Counted from the first letter of the whole stretch, positions 50,370-60,626 are shown. The stretch: 62,524 nucleotides of DNA, filler included, from an uncultured bacterium (GCA_964471275.1; 19 parts of 19 records of this genome joined end to end with filler, not necessarily neighbours in it); one strand, 5' to 3'. Numbers and translations are program-made. Notes: generated from the letters alone by a model not told the origin.

Positions 50370-50775
50370 GTGCTCTGGTATGTGTTTGCGTGGTATGGCT
50401 ATCTGCTTGTTCTGGATGCAATGACTTTCTACCTGACAGGCAATTCGCTTCTGCACGATTCACCCGTCCGTTTTCTGTCTTACCTTCTCCTATCGGTGCT
50501 TTTCTGGTTCGTCTTCGAGCTGTATAACGTTCGGCTCGCGAACTGGTATTGCGTTTACGCTTTTCGACCCGCGTGGGGCCGCCTTCGCCACAGTGCTTCC
50601 TGCGTGCTTCTTTCACACGAATCTACTTTCTACGCTGAGATGCTGGCAGCACAGGGAGTGGACACCCCTGGAGAATGGCAGGACGTGGTTGCACGTGTCC
50701 TGGATGATGGGCGTCCTTTGCTGCTTGCTTCCGCTGGTTCTTTCCCAAACCACCGTTATACTGCCGTGGGGAGTA
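50370..50775 (+). pseudogene. Degenerate integral-membrane protein gene
   Basis: W.GY...LDA......SLL...SVLFWFVFELYNVRLANW, continuing in a shifted frame (GVLCCLLPLVL..LPWG) before breaking down. Confidence 0.5.
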
Positions 50776-51473
50776 TTGCTCGGCATGCCAGAAGCGGTCT
50801 GCTGCAAATGAGGTCTGCCATCGCTGATTCGAGACCTGAAGGCGGGGCGGCCAGCCCGCGTGCTGCGGCTTCTCGCGGGTGGGGCTGTTGCGGGAATCGT
50901 CAGGAAGTGCTTCAACTATTTGGCGAGGTGCAAGTGGATCTATACCGTTCCGGGCATGACCGACTGAAAGATCTTTGAAATGCCGATTCTCAGATTTCCT
51001 GTCCTGGCACTGAATGCTCAGTCGACGTATATGCTCGTTGCACACGTCTGGGCGAGCGGCCGTACCGGAATACGAGTGTCAATCATCGCTGCCGGCGTCG
51101 GCCTAAAAGTGACCGGACACGCTCTGATGATGCGATACACAGTGCGGTCGCACTGTCCCCTTCTCTCGGAACTGCCTGGAAGACGTCGTGAGACGCTCGA
51201 CGTTTGATCAATTGAAGAATTTGCGAGTCTGTCTCCTAGAGCATCTACAGAGGAAGCTGATGCGGAGTTTCATGATGCGTGTTCGATCGCGCGCATGGCT
51301 TTGCACAAAGGAAGGGGCATAGAGAAGGCGCGTCACTTAATCACGCTGGGATACAAGCAGGCAGGCGACACGCAGGATCCGGAGTTTCTGGATCTGGTTT
51401 CACGAGGTTAGAACGGGGTGAGCAGAGCCGAAGCGCTGGCGTGGGTCCGTGCGTCGGGAAAGAGGTTTCGAAG

Positions 51474-52079
51474 ATGACAGTTGAGAGATCGGCAATCATC
51501 CTGTGCGGCGGGGCCAGCGTTCGGATGGGTCAGTCAAAGGCTCTTCTCTTGTTCGACGGGGAAGCCTTGCTGTCACGCGTCTGCAGGGCAGTATCGGGAT
51601 CCGTAGATCGAATCGTCGTCGTTTGTGCGCAGAATCAGGAGTTACCCAAACTGCCGGAGGGGTGTGTTTGTGTAACGGATGACCTCCCGGACGCCGGTCC
51701 CCTGGCTGGCCTGAAGACAGGACTCGACGTGCTGGGAGACTCTGGCGGTTACACATTTGTTTGCGGTTGTGACCACCCCTTCCTGACAACCGCGTTCATC
51801 TCAGATCTGTTGTCAAGCTCAGGGGGCACCGAGGCTGTTGTTGTGAGGACTGATCGTCCACAGCCTCTTTGTGCGTGGTATCGAAATGTTGCTCTTCATC
51901 AGGTTGCCGGTATGCTGGCATCCGGCGAGCGCCGGCTCAGCAGGCTCCTTGATCGCCTGGATGTCAGAGAAGTGTTTGTGGATGAACTGGCTGACCGTAG
52001 AGCTATGCTGAGCGTGAACACCCCAGAGGAATACGAAGCCGCAGTGCGGCTGGCGCGAACGTCCGGACAGAAGACGTAG
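51474..52079 (+). CDS. mobA: Molybdenum cofactor guanylyltransferase
   Basis: ILCGG.S.RMG..KALL, GPLAGL, GCDHPFL, QPLCAWY, SVNTPEEY. Confidence 0.92.
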   Translation: MTVERSAIILCGGASVRMGQSKALLLFDGEALLSRVCRAVSGSVDRIVVVCAQNQELPKLPEGCVCVTDDLPDAGPLAGLKTGLDVLGDSGGYTFVCGCDHPFLTTAFISDLLSSSGGTEAVVVRTDRPQPLCAWYRNVALHQVAGMLASGERRLSRLLDRLDVREVFVDELADRRAMLSVNTPEEYEAAVRLARTSGQKT

Positions 52080-52334
52080 CCTTGACGGACAAAAACAGAT
52101 CTGGGTCTCGGAAGCGTAATGGATAGGATTGAGGCTCGTATCTGGGCGAGTAACGCGGACTATAGGCTGTCTCTACGGAGGCAGTCCTTCTTCTGGCTCA
52201 GGAGGTCCTGCGGAGGTTCTCCTGGCTCCGGCGCACCTGATCTGCCATAGCAGGATCCCGATCCCATACCGAAAGAAATCGTTCATAGTGAAGGATCGGG
52301 AAGGGACAGTAGTAGCTCGTGCTTCTCTCCGTCG

Positions 52335-52530
52335 CAATGCTTTGCCAGAAAGCACTGGTGAAGACCTCTATGGGCGATATGGATCAAACCAGCTCATTCG
52401 CCTCGACTACGTTGTGGTTGTAATAGGTAAAGGCGTTTCTCAGAGCATTCCAGTAGGGCAGGAGGCAGGCGATCAGGATCACGATGAGTGCGGGTATCCG
52501 GCGCGACCGTCGAGACAGGTGGGGGGGCAT
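52335..52530 (-). pseudogene. Remnant of a TMTC-like membrane glycosyltransferase/TPR gene N-terminus
   Basis: MPPHLSRRSRRIPALIVILIACLLPYWNALRNAFTYYNHNVVEANELV*SISPIEVFTSAFW resembles YxNxLxNxFxYDD..FTxDFW; in-frame TGA at 52384. Confidence 0.5.
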
Positions 52531-52797
52531 GAAGCACTTTCCTTGTCGGGTTGCGGATACTTGGTCCTATATAGGGTTATCGTCCCTTTTAGGATCAGTT
52601 TTAGCTTTTCGAATTAACATTATCCGTGGCTGTTCTGTGCAAATGCCAGTAAAACAACTAATTAGCCCATCTGGCACACCGTCCCGCTGGGCACGTAAAG
52701 CGTAACCCCTTGTCAGTGCAGAGATTTGCATTATCTTTTCCGCCGTTAAGAGACAGTCCCGCGGACCGCCGAGAGAACACTGAGGAAGGCGTTGGAT

Positions 52798-53169
52798 ATG
52801 GCAGAGCAACCCAAGATTACGGCTTATCTCAAACCGACCTGCGGTTGGAGCCGAGGCATCCGAGCCGTGCTGCAGAAGTATGGGCTGCAGTTTGAGGACA
52901 AGGACATCATCAACGTGCCCGAGAACTATCAGGAGATGGTTCAGAAGACGGGACAGCCCTACCAGCCGTGTGTGGAGATCGGTGAACAGATGCTGGCCGA
53001 TGTGAGTGGTGAAGAGCTGGAATCCTGGCTCGGACAAAATGGTTTTCAGGCGGGTGGCCCGGAACCGTCAGTGCCCACAGACAGGTCCTGCACCGACGAA
53101 GAGCACGAGGAAATGGCAAAGGCCGAGGAGAGTCAGCCCGTAGAGATTTCCTTCCGGCCACAACGGTAG
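52798..53169 (+). CDS. Monothiol glutaredoxin-like protein (CGWS)
   Basis: AYLKPTCGWS, EM..KTGQPYQPCVEI...LAD. Confidence 0.85.
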   Translation: MAEQPKITAYLKPTCGWSRGIRAVLQKYGLQFEDKDIINVPENYQEMVQKTGQPYQPCVEIGEQMLADVSGEELESWLGQNGFQAGGPEPSVPTDRSCTDEEHEEMAKAEESQPVEISFRPQR

Positions 53170-53194
53170 AAGTGATTTTGGAATGATTGCAAAG

Positions 53195-53224
53195 GAGGGG
53201 CGAGACGAGGAAGTCTCGTCCCTC
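53195..53224 (+). terminator. Hairpin after the glutaredoxin gene (terminator or REP-like)
   Basis: GAGGGGCGAGAC-gaggaa-GTCTCGTCCCTC. Confidence 0.5.
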
Positions 53225-53518
53225 TTCATGTATCCATAACGACGATGCTGGGGAGGTTGCGATGCTTCTGCTCCTGATCCAGACCGTAGCCGACGACAAA
53301 CCGGTCCGGAATCTCGAATCCGATATACTCCGGCGTGACCTCGACCTCTCTTTTTGACGGCTTGNNNNNNNNNNNNNNNNNNNNNNNNNNNNNNNNNNNN
53401 NNNNNNNNTTAATTAATTAANNNNNNNNNNNNNNNNNNNNNNNNNNNNNNNNNNNNNNNNNNNNGGCCGAACCAGTTATACGAACCCACTACCTGTTCCA
53501 GATCGTAATCAACCATCG

Positions 53519-54406
53519 TTATCTCCTCACCGGAGAAACGCCATTGCGGTCTTTAGCCTTTGTGCCGCGCTTGTCGTGACGGCCCTTGCCCAAAATATCG
53601 GCAACAAAGGAGAATTCTGGCAGAAGCATCCGTTTAACATGGGATAGCTCATTAAAAGTGAGCGCTCTGGCAAACCGTTCCCTCACGACATTTCGCACCC
53701 TGGCGTTCTTGCAGGCGACGATAATGCGGACAAAACCGGCTTCAAGATCAGCCTGAACATTGCGAACTGCATTAGCCGGAGAAAGCTCTACTTCTACAGC
53801 GACAGGACCACCCTTCGCCCGGAACCCTACATCGGCGCTTTTACCGTTGAGGTTCATCTCAATAACCGCGTCATATCCTTGTGAGCAGTAAAAACCGTGG
53901 ATGTGTTTCTGCCACCACCAATGCTCGGCGGATGTGTTCATGGGGCGTCGGCGGGGAGGCTTTTTGCCAAGCACCGCGTAACCCTTCTCCGTCAGTTCAA
54001 GGAACTTGATGATACCGCCTGTTTGTTGTCCGAGGTTGACCGCAACCTCCTCAATCAATCCCGTTTCCATGAGACCCTTCTTGATCTTGTCCGCCTTGAA
54101 GATGGAAAGCCCTTCACCTTCCCGGTGATCCCGAACGGCATAAAGAGGATGCTTGAAAACCGAGATCAGATAGGAGCGCTCTTCCTCGCTCAGTATTTGC
54201 GATTGGTCGTCGTGTTCCTTATCCACATTGAATTGGGACTTTTTCTTATGGGCCGGTTTCTCCGCCTCCCTCTCCACACGCGCAATAGCATTGAGGGATA
54301 GCGCCCCAAGAGGCTCACGCATTTTCAACGCCACCTCGTAGTCCGACAGGTACCCGTCGTTCAGCACGGCGGTATTTGCGTCAAATGGAACGATGGAGCG
54401 TTTCAT
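53519..54406 (-). CDS. Putative winged-helix + PD-(D/E)xK-type nuclease (Replic_Relax-like)
   Basis: L.E.GLIE...LELTEKG wHTH-like end; SAEH.W, VIE...ADV...AVEVELS restriction-fold pattern. Confidence 0.65.
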   Translation of the reverse strand: MKRSIVPFDANTAVLNDGYLSDYEVALKMREPLGALSLNAIARVEREAEKPAHKKKSQFNVDKEHDDQSQILSEEERSYLISVFKHPLYAVRDHREGEGLSIFKADKIKKGLMETGLIEEVAVNLGQQTGGIIKFLELTEKGYAVLGKKPPRRRPMNTSAEHWWWQKHIHGFYCSQGYDAVIEMNLNGKSADVGFRAKGGPVAVEVELSPANAVRNVQADLEAGFVRIIVACKNARVRNVVRERFARALTFNELSHVKRMLLPEFSFVADILGKGRHDKRGTKAKDRNGVSPVRR

Positions 54407-55710
54407 GACATCCCCCGCACCTTCGGAACACGGAATTCAAACGGCGACAGACGCGGCAGGCTGGCTACCGCCTCCCCCACATCAAGCTTGAGTAAATGAT
54501 GGCGTTGATCATCGCTCAACGCCATCGCATCCCCCATGGCCTTGAGGTCTCTTCCAGAGCCTAATCGAAAACATATCTTGACGTTTGAGTGGGCCATGAC
54601 AGCGGCATCCAAATCAGAGGGAGATTGGTCCGCCAGCAACAAGCCCAGGCCTGCTGAACGTGATTGCCCCATCAATGACGCCAAGGCCTGCGCTCCCATG
54701 GCATCGTTACGCAGCTTTGGGAAAGCGGAAGCGGCTTCGTCAATCTTGATAAGGTTACGTAACCGACCGGACTGGTTACCCTGGGCCATGCGGTAATAGA
54801 ACAACGCCATCAGCATGGCGCTGATAAAGAACCGTCCCTGACGTTCGGTAAAACCTCGGATTTCAAAGACGACGTGGCTCTCAGCCAGGGTTTCCAGGCT
54901 CACGCCTTTGGTGTAAGCGCCAAAGTTGGGGGCGATAGCGAGCCAGGATTCAAGCCGGTTCAACAGGGTGTCGCGGTATTGGGCGAAACGTGAATATCCC
55001 CGGGATTTCATGCTCTTGAGGCGTTCCAGAACATCGGCCAGGGTCGGATATCGTTCACTGTCCTCGAACACACCAAATTCGCCATAAAGGTCCGTCAATA
55101 CTTTGTGCAACAAACCTTCGGAGGCATCCATCAAGGCATGGCATTTGGCAAAGGTTACGGTGATGGCCGTCAACCATTCATGGGGATCGACACCGGGTGG
55201 CGGTTGACAGAAATTCCAGGCCAGATCACGACGCGCATTAAGGACAAGGGTTTCCGGCTGCCAATTCAGGTAAATGCGGGATTCCGTTTTTTCGCGATCA
55301 AAGCTCCAAACCGGACACATGCGCATGGTTTGCAGAACCGTACCGTGGAGCAAATTCGATTTGCCTGAACCGGTACTGCCAACAACAAAGACATGGCGGG
55401 CTAAACCATCCAGGGGATAAAGAACCGGAACGCCTGTTTCCGCCGTATGGCCAAACAACACGGCGCGGTTAGGATCGATGTCTTGAAGCAACTCTTGTTC
55501 CCGTGCCAGTTTGTAGGGCGACGGGCGCACCAGTTCCTTCGCCGCCGATACCTGTAAGTGGGAGATCAACTCACCGGTTAAACGTTCATCGCCGGTGACG
55601 GCGGAAGCAAGAATCCATTTCTGGATATATTCTTCGCCCTCCAGGCCAGCCGTTCTGGCGTAGTCGACAAGGTGTTCAGTACGGGTTACAAATTTGCGTT
55701 TGCGGATCAT
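54403..55710 (-). CDS. HerA/FtsK/VirB4-superfamily ATPase (DUF87-like)
   Basis: RHVFVVGSTGSGKS (Walker A), FDRE, LIKIDEA (Walker B), SRSAGLGLLLADQSPSDL, SN.KICFRL. Confidence 0.9.
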   Translation of the reverse strand: MIRKRKFVTRTEHLVDYARTAGLEGEEYIQKWILASAVTGDERLTGELISHLQVSAAKELVRPSPYKLAREQELLQDIDPNRAVLFGHTAETGVPVLYPLDGLARHVFVVGSTGSGKSNLLHGTVLQTMRMCPVWSFDREKTESRIYLNWQPETLVLNARRDLAWNFCQPPPGVDPHEWLTAITVTFAKCHALMDASEGLLHKVLTDLYGEFGVFEDSERYPTLADVLERLKSMKSRGYSRFAQYRDTLLNRLESWLAIAPNFGAYTKGVSLETLAESHVVFEIRGFTERQGRFFISAMLMALFYYRMAQGNQSGRLRNLIKIDEAASAFPKLRNDAMGAQALASLMGQSRSAGLGLLLADQSPSDLDAAVMAHSNVKICFRLGSGRDLKAMGDAMALSDDQRHHLLKLDVGEAVASLPRLSPFEFRVPKVRGMS

Positions 55711-55713
55711 GGC

Positions 55714-56232
55714 CTACCTCATCACCATTGGCGGTGACGGCGGAGGCGGAGACCGGCGTAACATCCAGGCCAAAACCCTGAAAACAGCGATCAAGAGCCA
55801 CTTGATCGTATGGAACGAGCCATAGAAAACCCAGCCCATTCCTTTCAAGGAAAGCCACCCCGCCGTCTTGGCGAATTCAATCCACCAGCAATGACGGCAA
55901 TAAACGGATTCCTTGAACCGGTGCGCATGGGTCTGACAGACGATACGCAAACAGTGCGAGCAGCGAAGATTTCCACAACGTGAACATAAGGTGTTAAAGC
56001 AGCCCTTCTCGGAACACACGCTGATGAGTTCAGATGGATCGCGTCCGACGATATGGCAACACCCCGCTACCTGAACGCGGACCTCTTCGTGGGTCACGGC
56101 ACAACCGTGCTCGTCCAGGACCGTGGTTTCACGACTGGCGAAGACTTTGCCGCTATCGTCGGCGGGAACCAGAATGTACTCTCGGGTTCTCGTGGCCAGT
56201 GGTTGATGACGGGGGTCGAAAATGTCGGCCAT
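55714..56232 (-). CDS. Cys-rich zinc-finger protein with C-terminal membrane segment
   Basis: CCH, C-x4-C-x4-CxxC-x4-CxxC-x4-CxxH-x9-CxxC, then a hydrophobic/amphipathic helix and poly-Pro; GGAGG upstream. Confidence 0.8.
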   Translation of the reverse strand: MADIFDPRHQPLATRTREYILVPADDSGKVFASRETTVLDEHGCAVTHEEVRVQVAGCCHIVGRDPSELISVCSEKGCFNTLCSRCGNLRCSHCLRIVCQTHAHRFKESVYCRHCWWIEFAKTAGWLSLKGMGWVFYGSFHTIKWLLIAVFRVLAWMLRRSPPPPSPPMVMR

Positions 56233-56236
56233 GGTT

Positions 56237-56446
56237 TTACCTCCCGGAATCGGAGTTCGGTTTCATAAAGTCCAAGATCGGATTGGGTGCCATCGGATCG
56301 AATTGTTCGGATGGGGTCATCGGATCTATTTGCGGAGCCGGGTCCATGGGACCGGCGGGTTGCGGAGCCGACGAAGGATTGGGATTTGTATGCCAGGGTT
56401 GGTCGGCAAAGAATTGGGCATCGTAATCGGCAAGAGACGATCCCGG
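56237..56446 (-). CDS. Pro-rich C-terminus of a hypothetical protein (5' truncated; not in the ORF track)
   Basis: Open minus frame PGSSLADYDAQFFADQPWHTNPNPSSAPQPAGPMDPAPQIDPMTPSEQFDPMAPNPILDFMKPNSDSGR*, ending 4 nt before the next ATG. Confidence 0.6.
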   Translation of the reverse strand, partial: PGSSLADYDAQFFADQPWHTNPNPSSAPQPAGPMDPAPQIDPMTPSEQFDPMAPNPILDFMKPNSDSGR

Positions 56447-56550
56447 CNNNNNNNNNNNNNNNNNNNNNNNNNNNNNNNNNNNNNNNNNNNNTTAATTAAT
56501 TAANNNNNNNNNNNNNNNNNNNNNNNNNNNNNNNNNNNNNNNNNNNNGCC

Positions 56551-56585
56551 GGTGTCCGGGGATGAGATTGTCATCCCCGGACACC
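56551..56585. terminator. Perfect 15-bp hairpin downstream of the TonB-dependent receptor gene
   Basis: GGTGTCCGGGGATGA-gattg-TCATCCCCGGACACC. Confidence 0.6.
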
Positions 56586-56700
56586 CACCGAACCTCTTTG
56601 ATCACCCCGCCTCTCAGGTTTCCTGGGCGAAGTGCTTATCTATTTGCTTTCTGGAGTTGCGACAGCAACTCCAAGCAACGCAAAGCGTTGCCGAGTTGCT

Positions 56701-59489
56701 CTAGAACTTCAACCTGAAGCTGAAGTTCAACTCACGCGGACGATCCAGATAGTTGGAGATGTCGTTGACTTCTCCATACGTGGCGAAATCCCCGCTCGTC
56801 GGCTCAAGACCGATGATCCCGTAATTCTGCCACCGGATCTGGTCAAAGTCGACATCGAGATCATCAGCAGCACCGGAATTGGCAACTGCCTGTCGTGCAT
56901 CCTTCTGGTTGAACAGGTTGTACACCTCGACCGCCAGAGTGAAGGAGGCACCCGAGGACATTCCGATCTGCTTCTCGACGTTCAGATCCGTACGTGTATG
57001 GACAGGGCCATACTCGAAGGAATCTACACCACGGATCAGTCCCTGGAAGGCAAACGGTGTTCCCGTGAAGACACGGTAGACCATGTTTGCCCGAAGACTT
57101 CCAAGTGCCTGGCCACCCCACGGGCCGAACTGAGCCGGTGTGGCGAACATAAACGTCAAAGAACCGAAGGCCCGGCGATCCACGTCGTCATCCGGCGTGT
57201 TTTCACCGGTCGAACGGGCGTTGTGACGCACCAGAAGGTTGGCCTCACCTGAACCCGGATAGTTCGGGTCTGCGGTGACGCGCTCCCAGTATTTCCGGTC
57301 GTCGTCATTGTACTGATCTGTAACTACTGTACCGTCCCACCGTTCGTAGCCATCTGCAGCATAGTGCCCGATCCACGGGATCCAAGCCCAGGAGGTCAGA
57401 CGATCCTGTGAACCATCATCAGCACGAAGCCGATCATTCGCGTTGTGACCGAAGGCTTCGCGATCGGATGCGCTCAACGGAACCGGAATTTCGGCGCCAG
57501 TGGAGGGATCCACCGTGTGCTCGAGCCAGTAGTGGCCTCGTGCCACGAACAGCGAGTCCGGGTTTATGTCGCTACGTGGGACAGAGAATCCACCTTCGTC
57601 AGCCCACTGCAAGTTGTAGGCGAGATTGAAGGCAAACATGTTCGAGAAGCCCTTCTTCAGGCTGAGCTCGAACCCTCGCGTATCGCTGATATCTCCGTAG
57701 GACCAGCCGCCTTGACCAGGAACGTAGGCACGCGCAGCTGGATCCTGCCATTCGATCTGCAGGGTCCGGAGCTGATGGCCGGCGCTCTTGTAATAGCTCG
57801 TAACACTGGCGACATAGTCAGCGACGAAGTTCCAGTCAAGACCAAGCTCGAAGTTGACGGTCTCTTCCGGGGGAAGTCTCTGATTCGCTGCGTGGTGACG
57901 GCCCGTGTTGGAGTTGAACGCATTCCAACGCTCACCCGTATCGATCGTCCCGTTGCCGTTCAGATCGCTGTCCGACGAGTTCTGGCTCTGCCATTCGTTC
58001 CGGTAGAGCTGCTCGAAGTTCGGCATCTGCGTGAACTTGCCGTAGAAGAACCGGACAAGTGACTTGGACGTGATCGGATGTGAGATACCCACGCGCGGGC
58101 TCAGACCGGAAATCGTCCCGGCTTCGATCTCGGGCACGTTCCGCACCCGGGTCATGCTCTTCCACATCGGCGACTTTCCACCGAAGTAGGCCTGCGCATC
58201 AGTGACCATTTCCTTCGCCTGCAGCGCATCAACACGCACACCGGCGTTTACGATCATCCCCTCGAACTCGATCTTATCCTGCAGGTAGGCGCCCCACTGA
58301 ATCGGGTTCACGCCGGTCGTGCTCTGGCCTGGGAAGAAATCGACCTGGTCATATGTCTTGGAATACCAGCGGACCGTCCGGTTTGAAGGACCATCGGAAA
58401 AATAACGCTGCCAGGAGTTGTTAAAGCGCGTCACTTCAAAACCGGTCTTCACAAAGTTCTGCTTGTTGATCTGACTCGACAGGTCACCCTTGAGAGCCAG
58501 ACGATTCCGGGTAAAGAGTTCCCAGTTTACGACTTCGCGGAAAACAGTGTAGAAACCGGAAACGTCTTTTGTCGGGTTGCTCGTGATGCTGGTCTCTGGT
58601 GTGGCCGAACCGCCGCCCGTCGGGAGGCCGGTCGTGTCACGCGTAGAGGACGACATCGACAAACGCAACTCGTAGAACGTCTTCGGTGACAGCGAGTGCG
58701 TGATGCCTGCCCACGCCAGGTTGTCGACATCTTCGCGACCACCGGCAGGCGCCGGCACGACCAGGAACAGATTCTTGCCGTCGTTCCGGAGGTCAAGCTG
58801 ACCCCCTTCTGACGGACCCCGGTTCAGACCTTCACGCTTGTCGTAGAACCCACCTACGCGAACTTTGACCGTAGGCGAAGCCGTATACGACACCTTGAGG
58901 TTCGTGTTCGTGTTGAACGGCGTCGTCAGGTTGGCACTCGGGAAAGTCGCCGCTTCACGACGATACTTGGAACTGGCGAAGAACGTGAGGCTCTCTGCCA
59001 GCGGCCCACCCAGGTTGGCCTCAACAAAATGACCCGCCGTGCCCGTGTAATCCAGACGCTGGTGCGCCGGAACGGTCGAACCATCCGGGAGCGTTACCGT
59101 CTCACCGATCCATTCAGGGTTTTCCCAGTCATTGCGGCCGCGATGGATCGCACTGTCATAGACATTCGCGCCCCAGTGCTTCTGGCCCGGGGGCTGGAAC
59201 TGGTAATCGACAAGACCGGAGTAGGACTGGCCACCTTCACGTGTCACGAAGCTTACGACACCGGCCTGGGCGTTGCCATACTCGGCTGACATACCACCCG
59301 TGACAACCGTCATCTCCTGGATGGAACTGCGGTTCACGTCGCGATACACACGGACGTTTCCGTCAGTCGAGTTGAGTCGAACACCATCCACGAAGTAGGC
59401 GGTGTCCTCGGAGCCACCGGCGCGGATCGACACATCACCGTCGACACTCACACCGGCCTGGAGCTCGATGAACTCCGAAGCCGAACGAA
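56701..59489 (-). CDS. TonB-dependent receptor (5' truncated)
   Basis: Plug motifs IRAGG...AYFVDG and TGGMSAEYGNAQAGVV; YLQDKIEFEGMIVNAGVR, SPRVGISHPI, NLFN, PRELNFSFRLKF. Confidence 0.95.
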
Positions 59490-59589
59490 NNNNNNNNNNN
59501 NNNNNNNNNNNNNNNNNNNNNNNNNNNNNNNNNTTAATTAATTAANNNNNNNNNNNNNNNNNNNNNNNNNNNNNNNNNNNNNNNNNNNN

Positions 59590-59920
59590 ATACGGACACC
59601 GTCTCAATGGATAGCTGACCCGCGTTCCTTCCGAGGAGTGCGAAGATCGCATCTGCCCGACCACCTGCTACCTGCTCACGCAATACGTGATCGACGTCTA
59701 GTCGGCTCTGCAGTCCCGAGAGTCTTGCCTTTCGGGACTCGTAGTCTCGCTTTGCAACCACGAGCGAGCTTTGAAGGGCCCCGCGCATTTCAGGGCTCGT
59801 ACTGATTTGAGGTGTCTGCTTCAGGAAGTTCGCAGTCACAAGCCCGACTGCGATTGTGGCTCCGAGCGCGAGGATGATGAGTGCCAGGATGATTCTTGCG
59901 CGAAGAGGGAGGTGTTTCAC
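59590..59920 (-). CDS. Probable membrane sensor histidine kinase, N-terminus (3' truncated)
   Basis: LRARIILALIIL.. TM helix then a periplasmic segment; GTGA overlap with the DUF4390-like gene, an arrangement seen with NtrY-type kinases. Confidence 0.5.
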
Positions 59921-60591
59921 GGGGATTCCCCTTCCGGTTCATCCGGCTGGTCTGGTGTCGATATCTCCGCCGGCAGGTCGTCTTTCCAGAATCGGGCAAT
60001 CTCGACCCAGTCGTGATCATCGCTCTCCGGCGCGAGTGAGAAGAAGAGTTCCAGCACGCTGCCTCTCTCGAGCAGGTTCAGCCACCTGCGTGTTTTCACC
60101 TCCTGCTCAGGGGATATCGGATTCACTACCGTCCGTACCCGAAGCACAAACGGTGCCGTGTCATCAGACAGAACGGCGAGTGGGACACCATCCAGATCTG
60201 AGCAATACCGTGTGGCCTGGACGAGGTCCCTCGTTGTCAGCGTGTCGGGTCGGCTCAATCTCCTCAGGATTTGGTATCGGCCTTCCCAGATGTCGTGGTC
60301 GAGCCTTAGATTCAGGAGTTTCCGTGTCGATTTCGCCGGACCGACTGGCTCGAGGAGAAACTCGTAGCTGATCGAGGTTGTCATCCCCGATGCGATGGCG
60401 TCCTGCGTACGGGCGGAGAACAAGGAATCGACACGGAGATCTACGGTGAGTGTATCGGCCCTCAGATACAGTGTCGGTGTGTTGAACCGGGGCGTCGCCT
60501 TGCAAGGCACAGCCGTAGACAGGATGACGCAGAGAACGGCCATCCGTAGAAGGTAAATCGAGCGTATCGATCTGTTGGAGGCGTTCGGCAT
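59917..60591 (-). CDS. DUF4390-like periplasmic protein
   Basis: Signal peptide; LF.....DAI.SG....I.Y, L.HDIW...Y pattern. Confidence 0.7.
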   Translation of the reverse strand: MPNASNRSIRSIYLLRMAVLCVILSTAVPCKATPRFNTPTLYLRADTLTVDLRVDSLFSARTQDAIASGMTTSISYEFLLEPVGPAKSTRKLLNLRLDHDIWEGRYQILRRLSRPDTLTTRDLVQATRYCSDLDGVPLAVLSDDTAPFVLRVRTVVNPISPEQEVKTRRWLNLLERGSVLELFFSLAPESDDHDWVEIARFWKDDLPAEISTPDQPDEPEGESP

Positions 60592-60626
60592 CAACGCGGG
60601 TATCTCCCGGCTCAAGGTAAGCGTGA

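Noticed and set aside
53519..55710. Canonical HerA-NurA or Sir2-HerA system
   Set aside because: The partner shows a restriction-fold-like pattern rather than NurA or sirtuin motifs, and the ATPase has no evident HAS-barrel N-terminus.
3462..59589. Regularly spaced TTAATTAATTAA repeats as a biological repeat or CRISPR-like array
   Set aside because: Always embedded in identical N padding; an artificial contig joiner. ORFs running into it (X-runs, ending LIN) are artefacts.
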